A stretch of 64,000 nucleotides of DNA, taken from NCBI GenBank assembly GCA_019314375.1, contig JAFCZJ010000005.1, forward strand, positions 6,910 to 70,909. Direction: 5' to 3'. The position numbers and the translations under genes are program-made. Origin of the DNA: Deltaproteobacteria bacterium. GTDB lineage: Bacteria; Myxococcota; B64-G9. Of the stretch, positions 55,158 to 64,000 are shown piece after piece (within the stretch, counting starts at the first letter, position 1; each line of letters opens with the position of its first letter). Below the pieces are notes generated by a model, which was not told the origin of the DNA, did not search any database, and saw nothing but the letters and a program-made list of their open reading frames with translations.

Positions 55158-55364
55158 GCCGATTTCATTTTTCCAGGCCGCAAGGTTTTCAGGTCTAGAT
55201 TTTCCAACTCGAACTCGCATTTGTCGCATATCGAACCTGCTCATACTGTACCGCACCCGGTTCTTTGGACACAAGTAAGCACCAGGCCGCCTCAGTCAAG
55301 GCCAGGTTGATCGATGGTATGCAGATGGTGTTTGTGTTTCAAGGCCCGGGAACCTTATGACGGC

Positions 55365-55393
55365 TTGACACGTCAAAGACATTACACGAGAAT
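55365..55393 (+). promoter_or_regulatory. Putative sigma70 promoter for the distal gltG-like genes
   Basis: TTGACA, 17 nt spacer, GAGAAT, 12 nt before ATG 55406. Confidence 0.5.
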
Positions 55394-55405
55394 CCGGACC
55401 AAGAC

Positions 55406-56803
55406 ATGGCAAGCTCGACTCAAAGCATCTTGAACTGTTCGATCATCTGGCAAAATACCATGATGGAGGAACGAGCTTTCCCCGCCGGACGACGGATTAC
55501 CGTCGGCGAAGATCATCGAGCTACCTTCACCTTGCCCGCCAACCTGGGTAAAAAGCGCTGCTTATTCAGGCCCAAACCGAACTCTTGTGAGTTGTGGTTG
55601 CAGGAAGGGATGTTGGGTCGGGTTCAGATCAAGGGCCGCACCTGGGAGGTCGATGAGTTGTTGACGGACCCTCAGGGTTTGGCGGATCGAAAAGGCCAGT
55701 CGATAGTCTATGAGCTTGAGCCCGGCGATGGCGGCGTGCTTGTGTTCGGCTCGGTGGGCCTGGCGTTTCAATTGGGGAAGGCGGCGCCCGCCCTGCCCCC
55801 CTCCAGTGTTGGGCAAATCTTGGGGGCGGACAAGACGGTCACCCGTGCTTTTGGGGCCAGCGTCGCGCTTATGGTGATGCTCATGCTGGTGTCTCGGCTT
55901 TTGGGCGCGCCGGGAACGGCTTTTTCGATTGAGCAGTTGCCTGATCGATTTGTGTCTTTTGTGGTGGACGATCCGAGTTTGGTCAAGGATTTCAAAAAAG
56001 ACCTGAAGGAATTAGAGAAAAAACAGGCTGAAGAAATCAAGAAACGTCTGAAACCCAAGCGCAGCAGGCCCGAGGAACGCCGGCCCGAGAAGAAGGCGGT
56101 GGAATCGCCGGCGGATGATGCGGAAACCAAGCGCATCCGGGAAAAAGTGGCCAAAAAAGGCATGGTGGCTGAGTTATCCAAGGCCCGCAGGCGCAACAGC
56201 GCATTGGCGCATGTGCTCAACGACGGTGGTCTGGGCATGAGCATCGATTCCGCCATGTCGGCCATGCGCCACGGCAAGGCACGCGCCCGCTTGTTGACCT
56301 CCAAGGGTGCGGGCGGCATCGTCGTCCCCAGCTTGGTCTCGCGGCGCGGCAGCGAAGAGGCCCTGGGCGAAGGCATCTCCGACGCGGGCCCCAAGACGGG
56401 CCGAACCGCTCGTCGCGTGGCGAGCGGCAGCCGTTTGGCCGAGAGGGCCGAGGCCAGTTTGTCTTTGCCTTCAGCTGCCTCCACCACGGTCACCGGCGGC
56501 ACCCTGTCGAAGAAGGCCATCGCCAAGGTCATCATGCGCAACAAAGGTGCCATCAAGTACTGCTATGAGTCCCAGCTCACACGCTTCCCCACCCTGCGAG
56601 GCAAGGTGGTTGTGGATTTCATCATCGAAATGAACGGCAGCGTACGCACGGCCAAGGTTTCCAGCAACAAGCTCAACAAGGCTGCGGCCAAGGGAAAAGT
56701 GGCAAGCTGCCTCATGCGATTTGTTCGACGATGGCAGTTTCCCAAGCCGCAAGGCGGCAAGGTGCGCGTCATTTACCCTTTCACCTTTGGTCGAAAAAGA
56801 TGA
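55406..56803 (+). CDS. GltG-like protein with AgmX/PglI-type TonB-C domain (second cluster)
   Basis: Single TM; IKYCYESQLTRFPTLRGKV..WQFPKPQGGKVRVIYPFTF. Confidence 0.82.
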   Translation: MASSTQSILNCSIIWQNTMMEERAFPAGRRITVGEDHRATFTLPANLGKKRCLFRPKPNSCELWLQEGMLGRVQIKGRTWEVDELLTDPQGLADRKGQSIVYELEPGDGGVLVFGSVGLAFQLGKAAPALPPSSVGQILGADKTVTRAFGASVALMVMLMLVSRLLGAPGTAFSIEQLPDRFVSFVVDDPSLVKDFKKDLKELEKKQAEEIKKRLKPKRSRPEERRPEKKAVESPADDAETKRIREKVAKKGMVAELSKARRRNSALAHVLNDGGLGMSIDSAMSAMRHGKARARLLTSKGAGGIVVPSLVSRRGSEEALGEGISDAGPKTGRTARRVASGSRLAERAEASLSLPSAASTTVTGGTLSKKAIAKVIMRNKGAIKYCYESQLTRFPTLRGKVVVDFIIEMNGSVRTAKVSSNKLNKAAAKGKVASCLMRFVRRWQFPKPQGGKVRVIYPFTFGRKR

Positions 56804-57435
56804 AACGACGCAGCCTGAGAACACTTCTGTGCATGGGCTTGATGAGCATCGCCCTTTATGCTTGCGAGGCCGAGCGCTATTTCGGTCCCTATGATGTAGC
56901 GGTGCCGACGGCCTTCGGCGAGAGCTCGGCGGCGCGGACCTTCGAGATGCCCCTGGACGCCACGGATGTGTCCGAGTTGGAAGAATTGGATCTTTGCCTT
57001 GAGTTTGAGCTCGAGCGAGAGCTGCCCTGCATCTGCGATTACCCTGGAATCAGTCTGGATGAGCAAGACACCCGCATCGACTATCGACTGGCCCATGAAG
57101 GGGGGCAAGAGCTCAACGCCCTGGTGTGGATAGGGGTCGACAAGCGCCCGCAGGATTCTGACCCGGATTTACTCCCCGATCTTCCCTGGATCGAGGTCTT
57201 AGGAGAACACCTGCACCGGCTGAACCCTGGCCAAATTGTGGAGACCAGCTTTTTGGAAGAGGAAATAGCGGACATGGAATTGGCCTGGGCGATCGAACGC
57301 CACAGTGTCTGTGGCGAGGACGCGAACGCCTGGCCCGCGCCCATCAGTCTCTTTATCGGCGTCAGTCTGCCGGGAGAAGAGCCGGACGCGGCGCTCTCCC
57401 TGGAGTGGGTTGTGCGTGTGCGGGATGGGGGTTGA
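56800..57435 (+). CDS. Acidic hypothetical lipoprotein
   Basis: ALYAC lipobox; ATGA overlap. Confidence 0.65.
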   Translation: MKRRSLRTLLCMGLMSIALYACEAERYFGPYDVAVPTAFGESSAARTFEMPLDATDVSELEELDLCLEFELERELPCICDYPGISLDEQDTRIDYRLAHEGGQELNALVWIGVDKRPQDSDPDLLPDLPWIEVLGEHLHRLNPGQIVETSFLEEEIADMELAWAIERHSVCGEDANAWPAPISLFIGVSLPGEEPDAALSLEWVVRVRDGG

Positions 57436-57436
57436 G

Positions 57437-58015
57437 ATGCGTGGGTCCTTTTTTCTCGGCCTTTTGTTCTGCATGTGTCTGACGGGCGCTCCGGCTTCAG
57501 CCGAAGAGGCCTGTCCCAAGCCGAAGGATTCGATTCCTCGGGGGATGATCGTCAGCACCGGCGTCGGTCCTTCCTTCTGGTTGGGTGACGTGGGCTCGGA
57601 CAGTCAAGTCGGCATGAATTACCATTTCAATTTGGGCTATGAGTTATTGCCATACCTGGGCTTCGAGGCAAGCTGGACCACGGGCAGTCACAACACGGAT
57701 CAGCCCCATCCGCCGGCCGAAGGCAGCTACTCCACCTACGCGCTGCAAGGTCTCTTGCGCGTCAACCTGCCCCTGGGGCGTTTCGATCTCTTCGCTCACG
57801 GCGGCGCCGGCCTGATGTGGGCCCAGCCCGACATCCTGGTTCGGGTCGAAGATTTCAACTCGGATCTCCACCTGGCCTGGTCCGCCGACTTAGGCTTCGC
57901 CTGGCACAGCTCCCGCCGTCGAATCTGGCTGGGCGCACAAGCCGGCGTACTGGGCGGCGTAGATTTCCCAGGCTACCTCTTAAGCGCCTCGGTCGTGATT
58001 GGACTGAGTCTGTAG
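57437..58015 (+). CDS. Small outer membrane beta-barrel (GltH/CglE-like position)
   Basis: Signal peptide; strands NLGYEL, FAHGGAG, terminal IGLSL. Confidence 0.65.
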   Translation: MRGSFFLGLLFCMCLTGAPASAEEACPKPKDSIPRGMIVSTGVGPSFWLGDVGSDSQVGMNYHFNLGYELLPYLGFEASWTTGSHNTDQPHPPAEGSYSTYALQGLLRVNLPLGRFDLFAHGGAGLMWAQPDILVRVEDFNSDLHLAWSADLGFAWHSSRRRIWLGAQAGVLGGVDFPGYLLSASVVIGLSL

Positions 58016-58039
58016 ATCTTCTAAAAGGCGGGGCTTCTA
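57982..58039. repeat. 58-bp direct repeat, left copy
   Basis: AAGCGCCTCGGTCGTGATTGGACTGAGTCTGTAGATCTTCTAAAAGGCGGGGCTTCTA; one mismatch to 59680-59737. Confidence 0.95.
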
Positions 58040-59008
58040 ATCGCCGCTCAACTGTCGGAACAGCTTGTCAAGCCATGTGCGGATCGTCTCGCAAGCTTCG
58101 ACAAGCGAAATTCTTGGGCCCCAGTACATTGGCGCAATCTCAGCAAAGGCTTTGTCGATGGCCTTGCGCTTTTGCGGACTTGCCAGAAGAAGGGCGGGCT
58201 CGTCCGGGCTCGGGAGCTTAGCAATGTCCTTCTGTTTGAGCATGTCCTTTGCTAATTCGGCTGCGGTCATCCCCATATCGGGAAGTTTCTTTTCAGAGCG
58301 GATGATCTGGGCGGCGTCCTCATAGTGTCGGACAAAGCTATCCGAATCCATGTCCTCGCGCTTGTAGCGTCGGGCCATGGCGTCGAGTTTTTCGATGAGT
58401 GTGACCAGGGGATGGACACAGCGCACGCCATTGGGCCGGTTGTCATCGAATTCTTCGAGCATGCCTTGGCCCGCGAGCTGTTTGTGTACAAAAGAACTAA
58501 GCGATTTTTCGGTCCAAGGCAGCACACGGGCATGACCCACCTCGAGTCTAACAAATGGGGTCATGGTAGGTGCAAGTTCGGTGAGGAGGACGCCGGGGTA
58601 ATAACCCAGGTAGTCTGCTCCGCGAGCCCGCTTGTCGATCCGGCTAGCGTCCTGCTCGATGCGGACGCCAGGCACGGTGATGATGCTGGCAAGCGCATCG
58701 TAGAAAGCGCGACGCCTTGCAACAGGCCCTTTATTGGTGCTTGTCCAGTTCGTGACCTCGGGCAGGCCCTCAAAGGAACCCTGCTGGATCATCAGGTCGA
58801 GATCCTCGGAAAAACGCTGGATCAACCCGAAGCCCTTGGATAGAGACGTGCCGCCCTTGAACCAAATATCGAGTCCCAATTGATGCAGGGCCCAGAGGCA
58901 GTGGGTCACCCAATAGTCCTTCTCGATGAGGGCTGCCGCGATGCCTGTCTGGCGCGCCACGATCTGCACGAGTTCTGGGAATTCGGGGTCTTCGTGAACA
59001 AAGCTCAT
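58037..59008 (-). CDS. AbiEii/AbiGii-family nucleotidyltransferase toxin (type IV TA)
   Basis: IEKDYW, FKGGTSLSK, RFSEDLD, LIEKL, RHYED. Confidence 0.92.
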   Translation of the reverse strand: MSFVHEDPEFPELVQIVARQTGIAAALIEKDYWVTHCLWALHQLGLDIWFKGGTSLSKGFGLIQRFSEDLDLMIQQGSFEGLPEVTNWTSTNKGPVARRRAFYDALASIITVPGVRIEQDASRIDKRARGADYLGYYPGVLLTELAPTMTPFVRLEVGHARVLPWTEKSLSSFVHKQLAGQGMLEEFDDNRPNGVRCVHPLVTLIEKLDAMARRYKREDMDSDSFVRHYEDAAQIIRSEKKLPDMGMTAAELAKDMLKQKDIAKLPSPDEPALLLASPQKRKAIDKAFAEIAPMYWGPRISLVEACETIRTWLDKLFRQLSGD

Positions 59009-59014
59009 GAGGGG

Positions 59015-59608
59015 TCACTCGCCTCGCGTGTTGCGCAGGCAATCTGTTACCAGGGCCAGGGTCTTCTTGGTCCCGTAATGTTTTGCCATGTCGAAAAGAC
59101 GCTCCCTGTTCCATCGTTCCTGCTTCAAGGTAGCGACCAGTCCGTTTTGGAGTTCGGTCAGCGAGACGCCGGCCATGTCGTGATGCTGCAAGAGATCGAT
59201 GATGAACCACTCCGGTGAGGGGTTTTCAGGATAGAGCACCCTGCGTAACAGAAAACGCCGGCCGTCGAAAAAAAACTCTCCACTGCGTTTTTGATTGTAG
59301 ACCAGTGTCGATGAAAACATGGCCGTGGCCCCAAGCCCAAGGGCATTCCACTTAGGCGGCCCGGTGATCAGGAAGGGGCTGCCGTCCAAAAAGGCGCGCA
59401 TGAGTTCGGTTTCGCTTGGAGGTGCCTGACCGAAACGGCTTTCGACCGGAGCATAGTATATGCCGTGGGCAGCGTGGATGAGTCTGCCCTCGCGCACAAG
59501 GCGCTTGGCGAGGCGGGCTGGGTTGGCGCTGAAGCGGCGAAGATTGCGGGTTCGACGGGTTCGATAGGCTCGGCCCGGTTCAAATTCTGGTTCTGCTGCT
59601 CGGCTCAT
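59015..59608 (-). CDS. AbiEi-like antitoxin/transcriptional regulator
   Basis: RLVREGRLIHAAHGIYY wHTH-like; WNALGLG; directly upstream of the AbiEii gene. Confidence 0.75.
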   Translation of the reverse strand: MSRAAEPEFEPGRAYRTRRTRNLRRFSANPARLAKRLVREGRLIHAAHGIYYAPVESRFGQAPPSETELMRAFLDGSPFLITGPPKWNALGLGATAMFSSTLVYNQKRSGEFFFDGRRFLLRRVLYPENPSPEWFIIDLLQHHDMAGVSLTELQNGLVATLKQERWNRERLFDMAKHYGTKKTLALVTDCLRNTRGE

Positions 59609-59639
59609 GGCAATTTACCGTATTTAGTTTACTGGAGTT

Positions 59640-59668
59640 AAAGTACAGTACAGGGTGCCGAAAGTCAA
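59640..59668 (-). promoter_or_regulatory. Putative sigma70 promoter of the AbiE pair
   Basis: TTGACT, 17 nt spacer, TACTTT, inside the islet. Confidence 0.5.
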
Positions 59669-59679
59669 GGCTTGCTACC

Positions 59680-59734
59680 AAGCGCCTCGGTCGTGATTGG
59701 ACTGAGTCTGTAGATCTTCTAAAAGGCGGGGTTT

Positions 59735-59737
<3 letters not shown>
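59680..59737. repeat. 58-bp direct repeat, right copy
   Basis: Matches 57982-58039 at 57 of 58 positions; contains the eno stop codon. Confidence 0.95.
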
Positions 59738-61120
<1,383 letters not shown>

Positions 61121-61180
61121 TCAGACAATAACAGACGGATGGGCAGACGATGGTCGCCCTGGGAGGAAGGTCGATTGGGC

Positions 61181-61357
61181 TCAAGAACCGAAGTCGATGA
61201 TGATTACCCCGCGCTGTTCGTCGTCCGAGGGACGGCTGTCCTCTTTTTCGTTGGGCTCCTCTTCGAGGGGAAGCTCAACCACAGGACGTTCATCCCGGCG
61301 GCGCGCTTGCTCACGACGGCGTTTTTTGAGCTCTTCAATGATGTATGCATCTAACAT
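61181..61357 (-). CDS. Small charged protein (58 aa)
   Basis: MLDAYIIEELKKRRREQ..RPVVELP..RGVIIIDF; GAGG RBS. Confidence 0.7.
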   Translation of the reverse strand: MLDAYIIEELKKRRREQARRRDERPVVELPLEEEPNEKEDSRPSDDEQRGVIIIDFGS

Positions 61358-61410
61358 GGTCTTGCCCTCTTTGCTGGCCCTGATGTCAATATAGGCTCGC
61401 ACTTGTATAG

Positions 61411-61428
61411 ACGCAAGAAGCGTGCCTG
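61411..61428 (-). promoter_or_regulatory. sigma54 (-24/-12) promoter
   Basis: CAGGCACGCTTCTTGCGT matches GGCACG-N4-TTGC; AT-rich tract upstream. Confidence 0.7.
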
Positions 61429-61555
61429 GGGTTTTTTGCATGCTGAATTTTATTTACGTAGAATTACAGTGACTTAGCTATTTGGTCTCGTAAAAAAAAG
61501 ACAAAGGGGCCCAATAACTCTGCAATTTTTGCGGGGTTCCTGACAAAACCTGCGG

Positions 61556-62176
61556 TCAGTCTGTTCGGTGGAGGTACACGACGGCCAATACGCGGGACAG
61601 AAGCTGCCCATGATGGGTCACTCGATGAGGCATGTTGGCATCGTAGTAAAACGAATCGCCTGGCCCTAAGACGAATTCTTCATCCTGCAATTCGACGAGG
61701 ATTTGCCCCTCTAAGACGAAGAGAAATTCTTCGCCGGAATGGGATCCCAGTTCTTCGAATTCAATGGGCTTTTCGTCCTTGGAGGAAGGAGGTGAAATGG
61801 TGACTAAGAAGGGCTCCATGAAGCGTTCACGCTTTTCCGAGCCCAATGCATGATACTCGTAACCGAAATCGGCACCATTCTTCGACGCGAAACGCGCGGC
61901 CACTTTTTCATCGCCGGCTCTGAAAAGACTATAGAATTTCCTCGGGCCCTGTTCGAAAAAATGCCCCATTCGAACCCCAAGGCCATCGCAGATTTTGATC
62001 AAGGTACCAAGCGCTGGAGAAATCAAGTCCTCTTCGACATGCTGCAACTCTTTTTTGTCCAAGCCACAGCGCTCGGCCAACTGATCGAGGCTCAGACAGG
62101 CCCCCTCGCGTAAGCGCTTGATCCGCTCACCCACATGCAGCCCGTCATCCAATTCGTCTTTTTCGTGATCCCCCAC
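61556..62176 (-). CDS. XRE-family HTH plus cupin transcriptional regulator
   Basis: GERIKRLR..SLDQLAERCG; HSGEEFLFVLEG, GDSFYYDANMPH. Confidence 0.92.
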   Translation of the reverse strand: MGDHEKDELDDGLHVGERIKRLREGACLSLDQLAERCGLDKKELQHVEEDLISPALGTLIKICDGLGVRMGHFFEQGPRKFYSLFRAGDEKVAARFASKNGADFGYEYHALGSEKRERFMEPFLVTISPPSSKDEKPIEFEELGSHSGEEFLFVLEGQILVELQDEEFVLGPGDSFYYDANMPHRVTHHGQLLSRVLAVVYLHRTD

Positions 62177-62185
62177 GAAGACTCC

Positions 62186-62617
62186 TTAGGCCTCGGCCTT
62201 TTTTTTGAAAGAGCCCATCAATTCAGGCAACTCGCGCTCTACCATCACTTTGATGACGGATTTGGGTACGAGCATGCCGAATTTTATCTCAGCGGAATAG
62301 ACAGCCCGGGTTTTGCCCTCTCCCATTTCTTCTAGAGTCCAGCTCCCCTTGTTTTCCGACATCATTTGGCCCCGGATGAAGGTCCACTCCATTTTGTTGG
62401 GCGTGGGCCATTTGTATCGAAGCGTGTACTTAACGGTTTTGCCCATCTTCTTGACCGAATGCTCAACCACGGCTTCGTTGTCTGTGCGACTTTCAACGCG
62501 AACGTCAGTCATGCCCAGTCCGTCCAAAAATCCGGGATAGGCCTCAAAATCGGTGAGGACCTTCAAAAAATCAGCTGGCGAGGCGTTGACTTCGATGGTG
62601 CGAGTGGCAGCGGACAT
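62186..62617 (-). CDS. SRPBCC/START (polyketide cyclase-like) protein
   Basis: VLTDFEAYPGFL, NKGSWTL. Confidence 0.85.
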   Translation of the reverse strand: MSAATRTIEVNASPADFLKVLTDFEAYPGFLDGLGMTDVRVESRTDNEAVVEHSVKKMGKTVKYTLRYKWPTPNKMEWTFIRGQMMSENKGSWTLEEMGEGKTRAVYSAEIKFGMLVPKSVIKVMVERELPELMGSFKKKAEA

Positions 62618-62669
62618 ATTTTTCCCCTTCTTGTCTTAGCGCTAAGGGCCTATCAAATTTCGACGAACT

Positions 62670-63539
62670 CTATCCCCTGCTTGATCCATTTGCAAGACGC
62701 AGCGCATCCAAGACTTCCTTGGCCTGGTAAGAACTGCGCACCAGGGGGCCCGCCACCACATGGAGACCCAGGGAATGTCCCAAGGACCGCCAGGATGAAA
62801 AAGCCGATTCCGACACCTGCCGTTGTACGGCACATTGCGTTTTGCTCGGTTGTAAATACTGCCCGATGGTGACCACACGGCAGCCCGCATCGGCCAACTG
62901 TCCCAGGAGTTCGCCGACCTCGCTGTCTTCTTCTCCCAGACCCACCATCAAGCCGGATTTAACCACCGCATCCGAGGTCTCGGCCGCCTGCCGAAGCAGG
63001 GACAGGGAGCGTTTCAAGCTGGCACCGGGTCTTACCTGATCCACCAACCGAGCCACCGTCTCCACGTTGTGGTTGAGCACTTCCGGTTTTTCGAGCAGAA
63101 CAGTCGTCAAGCTCTCCTTGCGGCCGGCGAAGTCAGGCACCAAAACCTCGACCGTGGTTTCGGGCCGTCGATGCTTGATCTCCCGGATGCAGGCGGCGAA
63201 CATGGCCGCACCGCCATCGGGTAGATCATCCCGGGTCACCGAAGTGATGACGGTGTGGGCCAAATCCAATTCCACAACCGCCTCAGCCAATCTCCTGGCC
63301 TCGTCTGAGTCCGGTGCCTCCGGAGGCTGTCCTTTTTCGATGGCGCAGAAACGACACGACCGAGTGCAAACTTTCCCCATGATCAGGAAGGTGGCCGTCT
63401 GAGCGCCGAAACATTCGCAAACGTTTGGACAACGGGCTTCTTCGCAGACCGTGAGCAGGCCAGCGCGTCGAAGCCGAACCTTCACCTCATGACGCTGGGA
63501 AGGCCTGCCGGGCATTTTGGGGCGAACGCCATCTATCAT
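62670..63539 (-). CDS. lipA: Lipoyl synthase
   Basis: CEEARCPNVCEC, CTRSCRFC, NHNVETV, KSGLMVGLGE, GQYLQP, VRSSY. Confidence 0.97.
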   Translation of the reverse strand: MIDGVRPKMPGRPSQRHEVKVRLRRAGLLTVCEEARCPNVCECFGAQTATFLIMGKVCTRSCRFCAIEKGQPPEAPDSDEARRLAEAVVELDLAHTVITSVTRDDLPDGGAAMFAACIREIKHRRPETTVEVLVPDFAGRKESLTTVLLEKPEVLNHNVETVARLVDQVRPGASLKRSLSLLRQAAETSDAVVKSGLMVGLGEEDSEVGELLGQLADAGCRVVTIGQYLQPSKTQCAVQRQVSESAFSSWRSLGHSLGLHVVAGPLVRSSYQAKEVLDALRLANGSSRG

Positions 63540-63871
63540 TCATCAAACCCTGGAATGCGTTCCCCGCAATTGCGACAGCGCGATGTGGTCGATGGAACGG
63601 CGCAACTCGGGCAAAGGCGCGTGACGACCGCGTTATCGTCTATCTCCTCCCGAAAGATTTCGAGCATGATGCCGCAGCCCGCGCAAATGCGACCTTTCGC
63701 CTGCTCATGCCCGCAGCGATGGCACTTGTTGACTCGCATCTTGACACCTTTTTGAGCGTTGGCTCGGTCCGTCTTCTCCTCATCGTCGAGGAGAAGGCGA
63801 GTCATCATCCGCCCGCATCGCTCACAGAACTTTGCCGCGGTTTGTTCAAAGCCGCATTGCTCGCATTTCAT
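63536..63871 (-). CDS. Triple zinc-ribbon protein
   Basis: Six CxxC pairs; ATGA overlap with lipA. Confidence 0.75.
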   Translation of the reverse strand: MKCEQCGFEQTAAKFCERCGRMMTRLLLDDEEKTDRANAQKGVKMRVNKCHRCGHEQAKGRICAGCGIMLEIFREEIDDNAVVTRLCPSCAVPSTTSRCRNCGERIPGFDE

Positions 63872-63886
63872 GTTCCACCTTCCCTT

Positions 63887-64000
63887 TCAACCGACCTCGG
63901 CCAGTTGCAATCGTTCACCCCAGCGTGACCGAATGGCCCTTGCCAGCCCCAGGCTCTCCTTCATGCGTAACCCGGGATCTTGCTCGATCCATTCGAAAGC
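63887..64000 (-). CDS. 3' end of an unidentified gene (partial)
   Basis: Open frame AFEWIEQDPGLRMKESLGLARAIRSRWGERLQLAEVG* entering from the right edge. Confidence 0.5.
   Translation of the reverse strand, partial: AFEWIEQDPGLRMKESLGLARAIRSRWGERLQLAEVG

Overview
A 64 kb chromosomal window from a Myxococcota/deltaproteobacterial-type genome, inferred from Glt-type genes, MYXO-CTERM-like tails and DAG linker repeats. Two paralogous Glt/Nfs-type trans-envelope operons dominate it. The first is a contiguous barrel-barrel-gltC-D-E-F-G-H operon with an extra gltG copy (minus strand, 12.9-25.7 kb), just downstream of an orphan rplC. The second is a divergent cluster (plus strand, 43.4-58.0 kb) with unusual accessory genes and an inserted serine hydrolase. 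The left end holds a probable c-di-GMP neighbourhood: a sigma70 promoter, c-di-GMP-I riboswitch and terminator upstream of a MYXO-CTERM beta-propeller and GT-C-like gene, beside a hybrid kinase-GGDEF operon and a degenerate PilZ-like gene. Accessory DNA includes a toxin C-terminal remnant with a DUF2247-like immunity gene, VapBC and HEPN-MNT pairs, an AbiE islet in a 58-bp direct repeat, a long palindromic element in a gene 5' end, and several tandem repeats. Housekeeping genes are rplC, eno and lipA. No rRNA, tRNA or CRISPR array was seen. All calls come from reading motifs by eye; no searches were run.
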